A stretch of DNA of 64,000 nucleotides from Octopus bimaculoides (Eukaryota), in assembly GCF_001194135.2 (NCBI RefSeq), contig NC_068991.1:8359885-8423884 (forward strand). The letters run 5' to 3'. Below the pieces are notes generated by a model, which was given only the letters and a program-made list of their open reading frames with translations, did no database searches and was not told the DNA's origin. Positions 62,906 to 64,000 of the stretch are shown here, one piece after another. Position 1 is the first letter of the stretch; every line of letters begins with the position of its first letter. The position numbers and the translations under genes are program-made.

Positions 62906-64000
62906 CTGAAAGGAGAAATATAAAAAAAAAGTTTCACTAATTTTCTTTCATCAATGATGTGATGATAAATAAACAACAACACAGCATCTACTATAAATAC
63001 TTGTATCACAAATATAAATATACTGAAACTTTAAAATATGTCTGTTGTTTGTGTGTGTGTGTGTCTGTACGTACAGGGTGCGTAAGGTATTTGAGGACAA
63101 GCATTTTTTGGGTCATTGCTGCATTATTTGATAACCGTGTATAACCCCTGCCCAAAGGTGTCACTCAGTGGAACTGAACCTGGAACTATGTGGTTGGGAA
63201 GCAAGCTTTTTACACTGCTGCCACTGCTGAATTTTAATATATTTCCATTCTAGTGCTGGTGTCATGATAAAATGCACCCAGTAAACTCTCAAAAGTGAAA
63301 TTTACAAATCAGACATAGGCCTTCGATCTATCTGGGAGGGTAAAAGCTCCAAGAACTGACCAAGATCATAATAACTCATCCGTTCCAGGCCACCATGGAA
63401 GGCAAGCATAATAAGTAGCCTTGTAAGATGGATGGATGGGTGTGTGTGTGTGTGTGTTATGCAATGTCTAAGAGTTACATGAAAAGAGCTTCTGAAATAT
63501 TTCAAAGGAACAACATTTTGAGGTTATTCTTTAAAAAAAAAAAAGTAAAAATAAACATAAAACCACTGAAAATACCTGGAATGCAGCCAAGTAACTCTGC
63601 AAATACTTTCCGGCTGATTGTATCGTAGCAGATTCCAATTACGTGGCAGATGTCTGTGAAAAGATAACAGAAATTCAGAAAGTTCATCCTCATCGTCATT
63701 TAACATCTGTTTTCCATGCTGGCATGGGTAGACTGAAGCTATGAGATAATGCATGATTAAATTAAAATGATGTGAATCAGTAAGTATTACATTTGACAGA
63801 GAAACCTGAATGCTAAAGGGTTAATGATAGAATCTTCCATTGACGATGATGTACAAGCGTTCAGTTTTTGCTGAATGACCTGCTCAAATGATTTGTTTAT
63901 AGTGATCAAATGTATGTGTTGCACATAAGCACACTCCCTCCATGAAATCGAAAGTGCCTCTACTGGTGCACAAGTGTGCCACGCATCAGATGTTGAAATG

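Overview
Eukaryotic, AT-rich, intron-rich genomic DNA with six N-gaps, dense SINE/MITE content and many (AT)n/(GT)n/(AAT)n/(CAT)n microsatellites. The repeat landscape looks like an octopus (coleoid cephalopod) draft assembly; this is inferred, not proven. I assembled four spliced genes by hand from splice sites and reading-frame continuity. (1) A divergent ATF3/Fos-family bZIP gene on the minus strand (CDS 6474->3642, 3 coding exons, 435 aa), with a predicted TATA/AP-1/E-box/CRE promoter and non-coding first exon near 11.4-11.6 kb. (2) NAA40 (NatD, histone H4/H2A N-terminal acetyltransferase), minus strand, 9 coding exons, 32148->21180, 230 aa. (3) Divergently transcribed from NAA40, a ~1,000-aa predicted secreted protein (signal peptide, TPR-like motif, beta-rich region, alpha/beta-hydrolase with GHSMG/Asp/His triad, C-terminal domain), plus strand, 15 exons, 34000->48982. 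It has a GC-AG intron, and its last exon is clipped by an assembly gap. (4) The last two exons of eIF3k (minus, 62905->61236). Most supplied long ORFs are repeat or microsatellite artefacts. Best leads: the secreted hydrolase, the remodelled bZIP and its regulatory region, a triplicated ~350-bp module upstream of it, a decoy splice acceptor inside the GC-AG intron, and two near-perfect hairpins.
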